DNA of 63,815 nucleotides, filler included, from Octopus bimaculoides (GCF_001194135.2; 7 parts of 7 records of this genome joined end to end with filler, not necessarily neighbours in it), one strand, 5' to 3'. Positions 52,412 through 63,815 are shown, counted from the whole stretch's first letter. Numbers and translations are program-made. The notes: generated by a model not told the origin, from the sequence alone.

Positions 52412-52513
52412 AAAGTCTGTTAGATAGTGAACATACTCGACACTTCCAAAGTTTGTTTATAAAATGTCGCATTCGAAAAACTTTAGCTTTAAAATCAACG
52501 GTAATTGTCGTCT

Positions 52514-52690
52514 GGGGCCTTTTAGCTTCATTGTAGAGCGCCTAGCCGGTATCTGTGAGGTACAGGTTTGACTCACATAGCCACCTTCTGACAACATGTC
52601 TATCGTCTTATAAGGGTAAACACCTAGTCTTTGTCTGCTGTTCTTACAGCTATACTGCGTTCGAAATTTACTTTCTTCTCTGTAAAATAC
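52514..52690 (+). mobile_element. tRNA-derived SINE
   Basis: tagcttcattgtagagcgcctagccggtatctgtgaggtacaggtttgactc (A/B-box-like), body shared with 51820-51985. Confidence 0.7.
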
Positions 52691-53157
52691 CAAATACATT
52701 CGACGATTTCGTATGCGTGTGTGTATGCACACATCCACAAACACACACACACATATATATATTGTTTTATATGTCTATATACGTGTGTGTGTACATATAT
52801 GCTAGTATATAAATAGATAGACAAATAGATGTGTAGATATCTGAGAATTCTTTAGCAGGTGTATTGAGAACTTTCAGTGCTAGAAGACAACTATATATTT
52901 GATATTCTGCAAACATTACTATTGTCTTCTCGGGAATTTTTGTCAACCAAAGTCAGAGTCGACCATTGTTTCCCATTATTTCCCATTGTGATCCTTTCTG
53001 TGCATTTACCATTTTATCAGGCACGAAATGTAAATATACAAGACACTTAAAGACAAGGTTATGGAAAGAATGAGTCCAATATCTAAAATGGAAAAGAGAA
53101 AAAAAGTTGTCTGTCTTTATGCATGTTTCTATGGACGTGTGTGCGTGTGTGTGTGTT

Positions 53158-53243
<86 letters not shown>

Positions 53244-53529
53244 CTTACGAAGACAGAGAAATAATAGAGAATTAGTGTAATTTATATATATTCTAATCTT
53301 TAGAATTGTCGATGTACGTAGATAACGAAAAACTACGACACCGTATATTACCTGCTATGGTATAATACGAGTCGACATAGGAGTCGATCCTTGAACAAAT
53401 CTCCCATGAAGGAATCACTACCGCCTAAAATATATAAGATGTTGTGTGAGTTAAAGCTAAGCCTCTGCTCGTTCTTTTGTTTTTATTTACTTTTCTTACT
53501 TTTCTTCTGTTTTGTGTTGCACGTTAATC

Positions 53530-54050
53530 TTGCTTTGGACGGTTGCTGTACCATGTTAGTTTCTCAGCAAAAGAGAGTTGTTTGGCCACCACTCAACCCA
53601 CCTTTCTGTGGACAGTTGCTGTAGCATGTCAGTTTCTCAAGAAAAAAGAAATAGCTTGGCCACCACTCAACCCACCTTTCTTTGGACGGTTGCCGTAACA
53701 TGTCAGTTTCTCAAGAAAAAAGAAATTGCTTGGCCACCACTCAACCCACCTTTCTTTTGACGGTTGCGGTAGCGTGTCAATTTTTCAAGAAAAAAGAAAT
53801 TGCTTGGCCACCACTCAATTTCACCTCCCCTTTCTTTTGACGGTTGCTATAGCATGTCAGTTTCTCAAGAGAAAAGAAATTGCTTGGCCATCACTCAAAC
53901 CACCTTTCTTTGGACGATTGCCCTAGCATATCAGTTTCTCCAAAAAACAATGGAAGTTGCTTGGTTACCACTCAACTACACCGCTCCTTTCTTTTGACAG
54001 TTTCTGTAGCATGTCAGTTTCTCAACAAAAGAGAGTTGCTTGACCACTCG
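53530..54050 (+). repeat. Minisatellite array, ~7 units of 74-80 bp
   Basis: TTGGCCACCACTCAA-like anchors at 53582, 53656, 53730, 53804, 53884, 53961, 54040; consensus TTGGCCACCACTCAACCCACCTTTCTTTGGACGGTTGCTGTAGCATGTCAGTTTCTCAAGAAAAAAGAAATTGC. Confidence 0.97.
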
Positions 54051-54074
54051 TATGTGTGTGTGTGTATGTATGTG

Positions 54075-54295
54075 TGTGTCTTTGTGTATGGTATTATTGC
54101 CCACCGCTGCTTCACAACTGGTGTTGGTGTGTTTACTTACCAGTAACCTAGCGGTTTGGTAAAAGACTATTAGTATAAGTACAAGGCTTTACAAAATAGT
54201 CTGGAGTCCATTTGTTCGACTAAAACCCTTCAAGGCAGTGGCCCAACATGACTGCAATCAAATGATTGAAACCAGTAAAGAGTAAAAATTAAGTA
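54075..54295 (-). mobile_element. SINE-like fragment in the spacer between the two arrays
   Basis: caactggtgttggtgtgtttac...tagcggtttgg.aaaagac...ataagtacaaggctt...caacatgactgcaatcaaatgattgaaac. Confidence 0.65.
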
Positions 54296-54513
54296 TAAGA
54301 CATGTATTTTATAGTTTTGGAATATATTATCTCAGCAACGCAAGTAAAGAGCTGGAGTAAATGCCTTTTATCCAACTAGCGGCTGATAAATATCAGCCAA
54401 AAGTCGATGTTGATTTCTTTCGCTTCTGCCACTCTTACAAATTCAGCTACGATACAACGGGAAAAGGTCGTAAGGGCGTAGAAGGTCTACTCAGAACTTC
54501 TTTTTTTCCCACC

Positions 54514-55039
54514 AGAAATAAGAGGTTGTGTGGTGACCAAGCAACTCACTTTTTTCTTCTGAAACTGACATGCTACAACAACCGTCCAAACAAAGAAAGG
54601 CTGTGTGGTGGCCAAGCAATTCATATTTTTGTTGAAGGACTGACATGATAAAACAACTGTCCAAAGAAAGGTGGGTTGAGTGGTGGCCAAGTAACTTTCT
54701 TTTCTCTTGAGAAACTGACATGCTACAGCAACCGTGCAAAAAGAGAGGAGTTGAGTGGTGGCCAAGCAACTTACTTTTTACTTGAGAAACTGACATGCTC
54801 CAGCAACGGTTCAAAGAAAGAAAGATTGAGTGGTGGTCAAGCAACTTGCTTTTTGCTGAGAAACAGACATGCGACAGCAACCGTCCAAAGAAAGAAAGAT
54901 TGAGTGGTGGCCAGGCAACTTGCTTTTTGCTGAGAAATAGACATGTGACAGCAACCGTCCAAAGAAAGATTGAGTGGTGGCCAAGCAACTTGCTTTTTAC
55001 TGAGAAACAGACATGCGACAGCAACCGTCCAAAGAAAGG
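54514..55039 (-). repeat. Same 74-bp minisatellite in reverse orientation, ~7 units, running into a scaffold join
   Basis: Repeated gagaaactgacatgctacagcaaccgtccaaagaaag...ttgagtggtggccaagcaac. Confidence 0.97.
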
Positions 55040-55199
55040 NNNNNNNNNNNNNNNNNNNNNNNNNNNNNNNNNNNNNNNNNNNNTTAATTAATTAANNNNN
55101 NNNNNNNNNNNNNNNNNNNNNNNNNNNNNNNNNNNNNNNTAAGTCGTATAATGATGTAGATAATGAAAAGAAGAAAATTGATTGGGAGAAAGATATGAA

Positions 55200-55290
55200 A
55201 AATGATGATGATGATGACGACGACGACGACGACGATGATGATGATGACGACGACGATGATGATGATGACGACGACGGCGATGACAGCGAC
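55200..55290. repeat. (GAT)n/(GAC)n trinucleotide tract
   Basis: Directly visible. Confidence 0.95.
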
Positions 55291-55403
55291 GGCGAATATG
55301 ACTGATAAGGCTCATAAAATTGAAGAAGGCAAATGAACGCGTAGAGAAATGAAATACTGTTTCTATAAAATATATATATGCAATATACATACACATGCAC
55401 GCG

Positions 55404-55435
<32 letters not shown>

Positions 55436-55454
55436 CATACATACACACACATAG

Positions 55455-55521
55455 ACATATATATATACACACACACGCACACATATAGATAGATAGATAG
55501 ATTGCTTGATTGATTGAGATG

Positions 55522-55577
<56 letters not shown>

Positions 55578-55589
55578 CATCTCAATCAG

Positions 55590-55648
<59 letters not shown>

Positions 55649-55680
55649 GTGTGCGTATGTGTGTGTACATATATATGTGC
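55455..55680. repeat. Palindrome of compound microsatellites centred on (TA)n
   Basis: tgattgagatgtatg-(TA)n-catacatctcaatca, extending outwards through (GATA)n/(CTAT)n and cgcacac/gtgtgcg. Confidence 0.85.
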
Positions 55681-55702
55681 GTGCGCGCGTGTATGTGTGT
55701 GT

Positions 55703-55748
<46 letters not shown>

Positions 55749-55809
55749 CTGTGTGTATACCTGAACGTAGGTTAAAGATTTCGCTTCTCAAATAGGCCTC
55801 AATCGCGAT

Positions 55810-55875
55810 CTGCCTTTCACCCATTCGGGGTCGATAAACTAAGTACCAGTTGCGTAGTGGGGTCGATGTATAATT
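55810..55875 (+). mobile_element. tRNA-SINE core fragment
   Basis: gcctttcacccattcggggtcgataaactaagtaccagttgcgtagtggggtcgatgta. Confidence 0.75.
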
Positions 55876-57098
55876 TAATAAACATAATATAATAAACACA
55901 GAAGTCTCATGCTCGGTTAGTACAATAATCCGACGAGCTTGTATAGTGTACCGTACGATCGTACTCTGCGACCATAAAACTTAGAGTAGCTCACGTTTAA
56001 ATCCTATATTTATTAAATGATATTTATCTTTTACTGGATGGGGTCCTTTGTTAATCCTATCAATTACAGTACACGCACAATGAAAAGCAATATTGAAAGC
56101 ACGACTGTTTTCGAGTTTAATTTATTACATTAATAATTTTTCGTATCTCCTGATTAGTCTTTTATGTTTAGTTTGTAACTTTAAAGTTCCTTGCTCCATC
56201 AACGTTCCTTAGACATTGATGGTTTTTCTTTTGTACACAAATAAGCTTTAGGAGGCCTTTTCTTTTGCCGTCACGTTTTTATAATAGAAAGTAATTATCT
56301 TTGAAACGGCGTTAATATCGTCATCATTGGATTAACCGTTTCAGGTGATAGCTGTGGTAGTTGTGGCGAAGAACGTGGATGAGAAAATGGAGGTAATGGC
56401 GAGGGAGGTAGAGATGAAGGAAGTATAGTACATGGTGGAGATTAACTGGAGCTGGGATACGAGTAATTCGCATCTTTTCAAACATCTTTATGCATAGTGT
56501 ATCCAAACTGGTTTTATAGCTTACTGAATGCAAACCAAAGATATTTTAAACAGATATGTTACAACCCTAGTTCTCGTGTTTAGATAAGTGTTAAATCAAT
56601 ATTGAAATAAAAGTATAGAAAAATGTGTAGAGAAGCGTTTAAATTAGTATTCCTCTAATTTCATGGAAACCTGATGTAGAGGCTTACAAGTAATATAATT
56701 TTTCGGAAATATTTCGAAAAACAAACGTTTACGGTAATTAAACTCTAAGCATTATAATTACATCTGTGATTAATAAATTAATGAATACTTAAGATTGATT
56801 GACTTTAATTTGAAACTGTGATTAATTTATCAGTTGCATAGTCAAAATCCTTGATTAAAATTACTGAGCAACAAACAAAAAGGCAACTAGACGGTAATAC
56901 GAACGATGAAAAAAAAAACTTTCAGACAATAAAGAGAAAATAATTTCTCCGTTGAACGTTGGAAAGACGATGCATTCTATCCGCCATATGAGCGTCAGTA
57001 AAATTAACCCTAACTACCAAGGACTGTCCCTGGTTCTATGATATACGTAAACGTCGTCGTATAAAAAGACCGAAATTTAAACCTTATATCAAAATTTA

Positions 57099-57300
57099 AG
57101 CTGTGGAAATGAATTGCGACGTCACTGGTGCGAAGCTGTATCGACCCCTTTGCCTTTTCCTTGGATAACATCGGTGGCACGGAGAGTAAAGGCTGGTATG
57201 CATGAGCGACTACTGGTCTTCTATAAACAACCCTTCTCAGACTTGTGCCTCGGAGGGGAACTTTCTTGGTGCATCCTATGGTCATTAATGACCGAAGGGA
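57099..57300 (+). mobile_element. SINE-like repeat body, reverse complement of 2841-3076
   Basis: Pairwise similarity over ~200 bp. Confidence 0.7.
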
Positions 57301-58205
57301 GTCTTTTTAATTTTACCGCTGCGTAAACTTGCTAGCCTTGCAAAAGTAGGAGCAACAATCAAGGCAGATCAAAATGCTGGTCCAGTTGATGTCCCAACTA
57401 TCCTGAATGTCTGTGTATTCACTGTATCGTCCACCTGCGAGTATTTATTAAGCAAACAATTCCAGTTGAACCACGTTGTAAAATGAGCTTTAGTAATTAC
57501 GAATTCGATTCAGTCAAGTGCAAAAAGCACCCTGAATTTAGAAATGTTAACGAGGAGATAGGGGCTTAAAGAAAAGGAGTTTTCATACTACAGGATTATA
57601 AGATGGTTAACAAATACCAATCCGTGTGTGTGAGAGGGGTGTATGTATTCATATATCTACACCAGTGGCGACTCTGGCACTCGGGTTGTTTGGGCTTAGC
57701 CTGAGTATAAATTTAGTAAAATGAGCGTATATTTTCAAGCTGATTTAATTTCTGCCAATATTAGAGGTGCCCTCTGTCAACAAATATCATTCGTAGCAGA
57801 CGTTCTCTCGACATCTTTCACACGCGCCTGACTCGGGTTCAGAAGTTACAACCCGAGTTGTTATCTATAATCGTAAAAAATTAAAAGTAATTCAAATTCA
57901 ACGTTTTCTTGAAACAATAAATTTCTATGGAGATTAGGATTTAAATTCCCATCTATGAAAAGTCGGACGCGGACACTCGTTGATGCTGCATCGAAGAGGC
58001 CAGGGAATAGAAGAAAGAAGACTTGCACCCAACACCAGAGCTGAAAACACCTCCGAAAGGGGGGGGCGCCGCCACGTCAAAACGGTAGAGGAGTAGGGGC
58101 TGAAACCGGACGTGGTTCCTCCTGATGATGTCTTGAGCTAACTGGATCCTATAAAGGAGCTGTTGTGGTTGCAGACCACGAAACATGGTTGAAATTCCAT
58201 TCCTT

Positions 58206-58351
58206 AAAGGATCACCGTTTCGATTCCCAGACCGGGCGTTGTGAGTGTTTATTGAGCGAAAACACCTAAAGCTCCACGAGTCTCCGGCAGGGGATGCTGG
58301 CGAACCCTGCTGTACTCTTCCACCACAACTTTCTCTCACTCTTACTTCCTG
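58206..58351 (+). mobile_element. tRNA-derived SINE (B box GTTTCGATTCC), truncated by a gap
   Basis: Shared body with 48011-48300. Confidence 0.75.
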
Positions 58352-59909
58352 NNNNNNNNNNNNNNNNNNNNNNNNNNNNNNNNNNNNNNNNNNNNNNNNN
58401 NNNNNNNNNNNNNNNNNNNNNNNNNNNNNNNNNNNNNNNNNNNNNNNNNNNNNNNNNNNNNNNNNNNNNNNNNNNNNNNNNNNNNNNNNNNNNNNNNNNN
58501 NNNNNNNNNNNNNNNNNNNNNNNNNNNNNNNNNNNNNNNNNNNNNNNNNNNNNNNNNNNNNNNNNNNNNNNNNNNNNNNNNNNNNNNNNNNNNNNNNNNN
58601 NNNNNNNNNNNNNNNNNNNNNNNNNNNNNNNNNNNNNNNNNNNNNNNNNNNNNNNNNNNNNNNNNNNNNNNNNNNNNNNNNNNNNNNNNNNNNNNNNNNN
58701 NNNNNNNNNNNNNNNNNNNNNNNNNNNNNNNNNNNNNNNNNNNNNNNNNNNNNNNNNNNNNNNNNNNNNNNNNNNNNNNNNNNNNNNNNNNNNNNNNNNN
58801 NNNNNNNNNNNNNNNNNNNNNNNNNNNNNNNNNNNNNNNNNNNNNNNNNNNNNNNNNNNNNNNNNNNNNNNNNNNNNNNNNNNNNNNNNNNNNNNNNNNN
58901 NNNNNNNNNNNNNNNNNNNNNNNNNNNNNNNNNNNNNNNNNNNNNNNNNNNNNNNNNNNNNNNNNNNNNNNNNNNNNNNNNNNNNNNNNNNNNNNNNNNN
59001 NNNNNNNNNNNNNNNNNNNNNNNNNNNNNNNNNNNNNNNNNNNNNNNNNNNNNNNNNNNNNNNNNNNNNNNNNNNNNNNNNNNNNNNNNNNNNNNNNNNN
59101 NNNNNNNNNNNNNNNNNNNNNNNNNNNNNNNNNNNNNNNNNNNNNNNNNNNNNNNNNNNNNNNNNNNNNNNNNNNNNNNNNNNNNNNNNNNNNNNNNNNN
59201 NNNNNNNNNNNNNNNNTATATATATATATATATATCGGTATACATAGCATAGATTTGTAGAAATACAACTGGATAAAAATAACAAGGCGTAGCTATTGTC
59301 ATATATTGAACGTAGATCTAACTACCAAGCAGCCTACGAAATCCTTATATACGCTTATACAGGTCTACTTTTTCTACGATGGTCGACTCTGCCTCCTCCA
59401 CACAAACTATTAAACGCTAAATGAAATTGAGTCACTGGGAGAGTTGAGTATTTATGTCAGAGACACAACCAACATCGGTGGCTGGATAAGAGCCATTGAT
59501 ATAATAATTCCCAATTGATTCTAGTCAGCTGTGTGTCTCAGTGACTGAATTGTTAAATACAAGATTTTTCCAGAAGAAAATAAACAGCCGTTTTCATGTG
59601 ACGCAAAACATCTCTATGCATTTCGCAAGTTCTACGAAAGTAATAATAATGAAGAAAAAAAAAAAACTCCCAATAAAACAAAACCCTTTTCGTCCACATA
59701 AATTGATTCAGGACTGTAACAAAGGAGTCAGGAATATTCTTCTGGGAGTGGAGTGGAACTGATGTCTTTCGTGAGTCGTCTAGTCTGCAGTTTGACGATC
59801 ATTTCTCTCCACATCGACCAACCACTTCGCTTCCAACATAGCTTCTCTGAAGACACACTCTTCTGAACACTCTTGCAAATGAAATTTAATCGCTTCCCCC
59901 TCACCACCT

Positions 59910-59940
<31 letters not shown>

Positions 59941-60106
59941 NNNNNNNNNNGTATGTATGTATGTATGTATGTATCCTTCACTTGGGATAGCTCACCCCGA
60001 GACTTCAAATAAGCATTGATGAATTGGAGATAAATTCTTGCTATTTCATATGGCAATGTGCTACCACACCCATGCGAATGAGTATATTTCGATGACTGCA
60101 TACAAG

Positions 60107-60143
<37 letters not shown>

Positions 60144-60324
60144 ATGTTGTTGTGTGTGTGTGTATGTCTGTTGTCTGTGTGTGCGTGTGCGTGTGTATGA
60201 CTGTGTGTGCGTGTCTATGTATATTCATATATATGTACTACATATGTAAGTATGCGTGTATGCATGCATATATATATGTGTTTGTGTGTGCGTATTACAC
60301 ATACACATATACGTATGCACATTG

Positions 60325-60392
60325 TTAAAACCGACGAGTCCAAGAAAACACTTTGACCGGAGACAATACAGGGACGAAACGAAACGCTTTTT
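60325..60392 (+). ncRNA. Degenerate hammerhead-like motif
   Basis: CCGACGA GTCC (30-nt loop) GGAC GAAA C: the classic GUCC/GGAC stem II with a G-C base pair; stems I and III are unclear because GAAAC is duplicated. Confidence 0.4.
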
Positions 60393-61164
60393 GTAGGACT
60401 CATTACTCATAATTATACATGTATATGTACGTACGTATGTATGTATGTATGTATGTATGTATGTATATAGATAGATAGATTTACTCACACATACACACAC
60501 ATACACACACATACACACACATATATATAATAATTTATATATATACAACTATATATATTATAGGTTAATAAATATATACGCATTCACGTTTACATGAATG
60601 TGTGCGTTCGTGGGTGGTTCATGTGTGTATTAATAGGTGCCGAGGCACATGTATATGTGTATATGACTCTCTGTCGGTATAAATGTATACACACACACAT
60701 GCATACATACATACATACATACATACATACATNNNNNNNNNNNNNNNNNNNNNNNNNNNNNNNNNNNNNNNNNNNNTTAATTAATTAANNNNNNNNNNNN
60801 NNNNNNNNNNNNNNNNNNNNNNNNNNNNNNNNACTGAAACAAGTAAAAGAGTAAAAGAGTAAAAGAGTAAAAGAGTAAAAGAAGTAAATGAAGCAAAACT
60901 AACAATAAGATGGAAAATAATGTTTTATTTATTTTTATACCACTTCGAATATCATTTTAGCAAATTTAAAGTGATTTTCTTTCGTGCCGTAAACCATTTA
61001 CCGTTTCTATGGTGCCCACCACACTCCATCCCCACCTTCCCTTGATGCACTAAGCACTTGCTTATTTTGTTCAATGGCTAATCCAGCGCTACTTGGGACT
61101 TGTGTGAACGTCACAATTTTAAAGATTTTTCTCTGTCACAAGCCAAGGAAATATCTCAGCCTCC

Positions 61165-62023
61165 GGGTTGGCAGAATCGTCCCAGCATTTGTTCCGAAGC
61201 TTTGTGTTCGGGGTGTAAATCTCACCGAGGTTACCTTTACCTTTCATCCCTACGGGGTCGAGAATATAACCTAACAAGCAAGTACTGGGGACCACATAAT
61301 CGACTTAACCCCTTCTTTCAAAATAGCTGGTTTTGTGTGCTTAAATCCGAAACCATTATTATTAGAGCAGACAGGATCGTTAGAGCGTCGAGCAAAATGC
61401 TCAGCCGCGTTTCTTCTGGCTCTTTGTGTTCTAATTTCAAATACCACCGAGGTCGACTTTGCCTTTCATCTCTTCGAGGCCGATAAAATGGAGTACTAGT
61501 GAAGTACGGGAGACGATTTAATCGACTTGTCACACCCCTCAAAACTGCTGGACTTGTGCCAGGCCGAAACTCAAAATAAAATACCTGCCAAGCACAGAGA
61601 TCGATGTAATCGACTACCCCCCCCCCAACCTACAATTCCAAGCCTTCTGCCGATAATAGAAAGATTTTGTTATCATCATTATTTCGGTGAGCTGGCAGAA
61701 TCTTTAGCACGCCGGACGTAGTGGTATTTCGTCTGTCTTTACGTTCTGAGTTCAAATTCCGCCGAGGTCGATTTTACCTTTCATCCTTTCGGAGTCGATA
61801 AATTAAGTACCAGTTACGCACTAGGGTCGATGTAATGGATTAGTCTCCTCCTCCAAAATTTTAGGCCTTGTGCCTTTAGTAGAAAGGATTATTATCATTA
61901 TTTCGACTTTGTCTTTCATCTTTCGAGATCGATAAAAAAACAAAATATACCAGTCAAGTACTGGGGGTCGATGTAATTGACTAACCACCTTCTTTTTAAA
62001 TTACTGGCCTCGTGTCAAACTTA

Positions 62024-62030
<7 letters not shown>
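61165..62030 (+). mobile_element. Stack of 4-5 head-to-tail tRNA-SINE copies of differing age
   Basis: Repeated ccgaggtcgactttgcctttcatc...gtcgataaa...agtacc...gtcgatgtaatcgact...tgtgcc followed by ATT-rich tails; best-preserved copy 61685-61895. Confidence 0.85.
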
Positions 62031-62073
<43 letters not shown>

Positions 62074-62134
62074 TATAACGTGATAATATTTAATAACATT
62101 TGATAGAGAAAACTGGGTGGAGTATGGTGAATGG

Positions 62135-62138
62135 CAGT

Positions 62139-62224
<86 letters not shown>

Positions 62225-62377
62225 GCAAAGGGGGCGGTGTCAGTGGCTGATGACCTTTGCGATTCTCAGGTGTCTGTTGAGCTGATTAAGAGATGGTAGT
62301 AGTAGCTGCAGCAGCAGTAGCAGCAATAACAGTGGCAGCAGTTGCGGCTGCAATAGCAAGAGAGGTGGTGTGTAAGT

Positions 62378-62422
<45 letters not shown>
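62135..62422. repeat. (GCA)n/(GTA)n trinucleotide tracts
   Basis: Directly visible. Confidence 0.95.
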
Positions 62423-62784
62423 NNNNNNNNNNNNNNNNNNNNNNNNNNNNNNNNNNNNNNNNNNNNTTAATTAATTAANNNNNNNNNNNNNNNNNNNNNN
62501 NNNNNNNNNNNNNNNNNNNNNNTAATTAAATGTAATATAAAATAAATATATAAATTTAAAATATAAAATTTGGATATATATAAAAATGAGTGGAATTGAA
62601 TGAAAAATTAACGTCAGCGAAACTTAAATTTGTAAAATAGTCAAATGCTTTCCTAAAAGTCGGATGTAAAATATAAAATGTGAAGTCGAAATATGTACTA
62701 GCAATATAATACAAAAATAACTATATATAAGGTGTAAAATCAAATTCAAATGCGACGGTCAAAATTTTCGGAAAGTCATAAATT

Positions 62785-63130
62785 TAACCCATTTTTCGGG
62801 GTTTTTTTCGGCCTGTAAGAATTTAAGAGCTCGTGTCTCTGGTTCAATGCATGTTTATCCTGGAACAGGATGAAGAACTTTTCTGGGAAGCAAAGATTAC
62901 ATGTCGTAGGTCTTATGATTGTGCTTTTTCCAAAATTGCCGAACTGATATTGAAAGGACGGGTGTCAACTCCTTAAGTTCCCAGACATGTTTTGCAAGAC
63001 TTGCTCTTGTCCTATTCTCGGGCTATCGAAAAGAATTTTGGTGGGAATAAAACCGAGTATTGAATGAATTTTCCGAAGCCCCTGTGTAAGTTTTATATTC
63101 TTATGAGCCACTACTTGTTATTCTCTGATT
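62785..63130 (-). mobile_element. Penelope-like element, GIY-YIG endonuclease C-terminal fragment
   Basis: KTYTGASENSFNTRFYSHQNSFR*PENRTRASLAKHVWELK...(frameshift)TTCNLCFPEKFFIL...ALNQRHEL, matching Penelope YIG.T...FK.R...H..SF.....T.L..H.W.LK...C.LC..EK..I...LN.R.E. Confidence 0.85.
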
Positions 63131-63744
63131 TTCTTTTCGTTTTCTTCCTCACGCCTGTAAGAACTAATTTGTATAAGCATACACAAGGAGATATTATGCG
63201 TGTGCGTGTGTGTACGTACATACATATATGCATTTGTATATATTTATGTTTTGTCTATATTTGTATATGTATGTAGCCATGTACAAACGCCTGCATATCT
63301 AGTGTATATATGTATATATCGGTCGTTTGGTATATGTATGTATTGCTAAATATATATGTATTTTAGCGTGAAAGTTTTTCTTAATGCATATATCTTTTAA
63401 TTTAATATTTTTTACCACTAATTATATACCCTGGGTATTCAGGTCCTTTTTCCTTCTACATAAGCTATTTTTGATTTAAGGTTTTCTTCGATTTTTAAAA
63501 TAATATGTTTTTAAATTGCAATTGTAATTTCATGCAACCAGTTATTGAAAAGACCGTTAGTTGAAAGGACCAATAAAACGAAATAATTTTGAAATGTGTA
63601 TCTACGAAAGTGATTATATATTTATGCATATAATCTTATGTTGTTTTATTCTAAACGAAACTGTCATACGAACGGGAACGTGAAACTCTGAGTAACAGTT
63701 TTTGTGATATTTTTGCTGCGTTTTAATAAAGTATAAATTTATAG

Positions 63745-63815
63745 TCTTTTATTTGCTTCAGTCATCTGACTGCGGCCATGCTGGAACACCGCCTTTAGTC
63801 GAGCAATTCGACCCC
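63745..63815 (+). mobile_element. Start of a well-preserved cagtcatctgactgcggccatgctgg SINE-like repeat, runs off the window
   Basis: gcttcagtcatctgactgcggccatgctggaacaccgcctttagtcgagcaattcgacccc. Confidence 0.75.

Noticed and set aside
52514-52585. tRNA-like sequences here and at 48011, 51920 and 58206
   Set aside because: No complete cloverleaf, and each continues into a shared repeat body; they are SINE heads, not tRNA genes.
53530-55039. CRISPR-like appearance of the 74-bp arrays
   Set aside because: Whole units are repeated with no unique spacers, there are no cas genes, and the context is eukaryotic; the overlapping ORFs shift frame every unit.
57831-57858. 9-bp perfect hairpin ACTCGGGTT/AACCCGAGT (Helitron 3' end or terminator-like)
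   Set aside because: No CTRR terminus or other Helitron features; such hairpins arise by chance.
59728-59913. Minus-strand ORF possibly from an RTE 3' end
   Set aside because: No diagnostic motif.

Overview
Gene-poor, AT-rich, microsatellite-saturated eukaryotic DNA. The repeat families (tRNA-derived SINEs with the gtcgac...gaaaggatgaaagg core, gtcatttgactgcggccatgctgg-type repeats, long AT/CA/ATT/GAT tracts) resemble an Octopus/coleoid genome; this is inference from recalled repeat consensi, not a search. About 9 kb is N. Six gaps are 100-bp artificial joins (44 N + TTAATTAATTAA + 44 N), so the window is seven stitched segments. I recognise no host protein-coding gene, and most supplied ORFs are microsatellite or N read-through. 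The real content is a transposon graveyard: (1) a nearly full-length, intron-containing Chapaev3-like (CMC) transposase pseudogene with its left end; (2) a Tx1/L1-clade LINE ORF2 (APE+RT); (3) an internally deleted mariner; (4) Tigger/pogo, RTE, R4/Dong and Penelope GIY-YIG fragments; (5) many SINEs and MITEs. The most unusual structures are a ~405-bp palindrome carrying two inverted minimal type-I hammerhead-ribozyme-like motifs (plus several other hammerhead-like motifs elsewhere), and a pair of oppositely oriented 74-bp minisatellite arrays forming a >=1.5-kb foldback.
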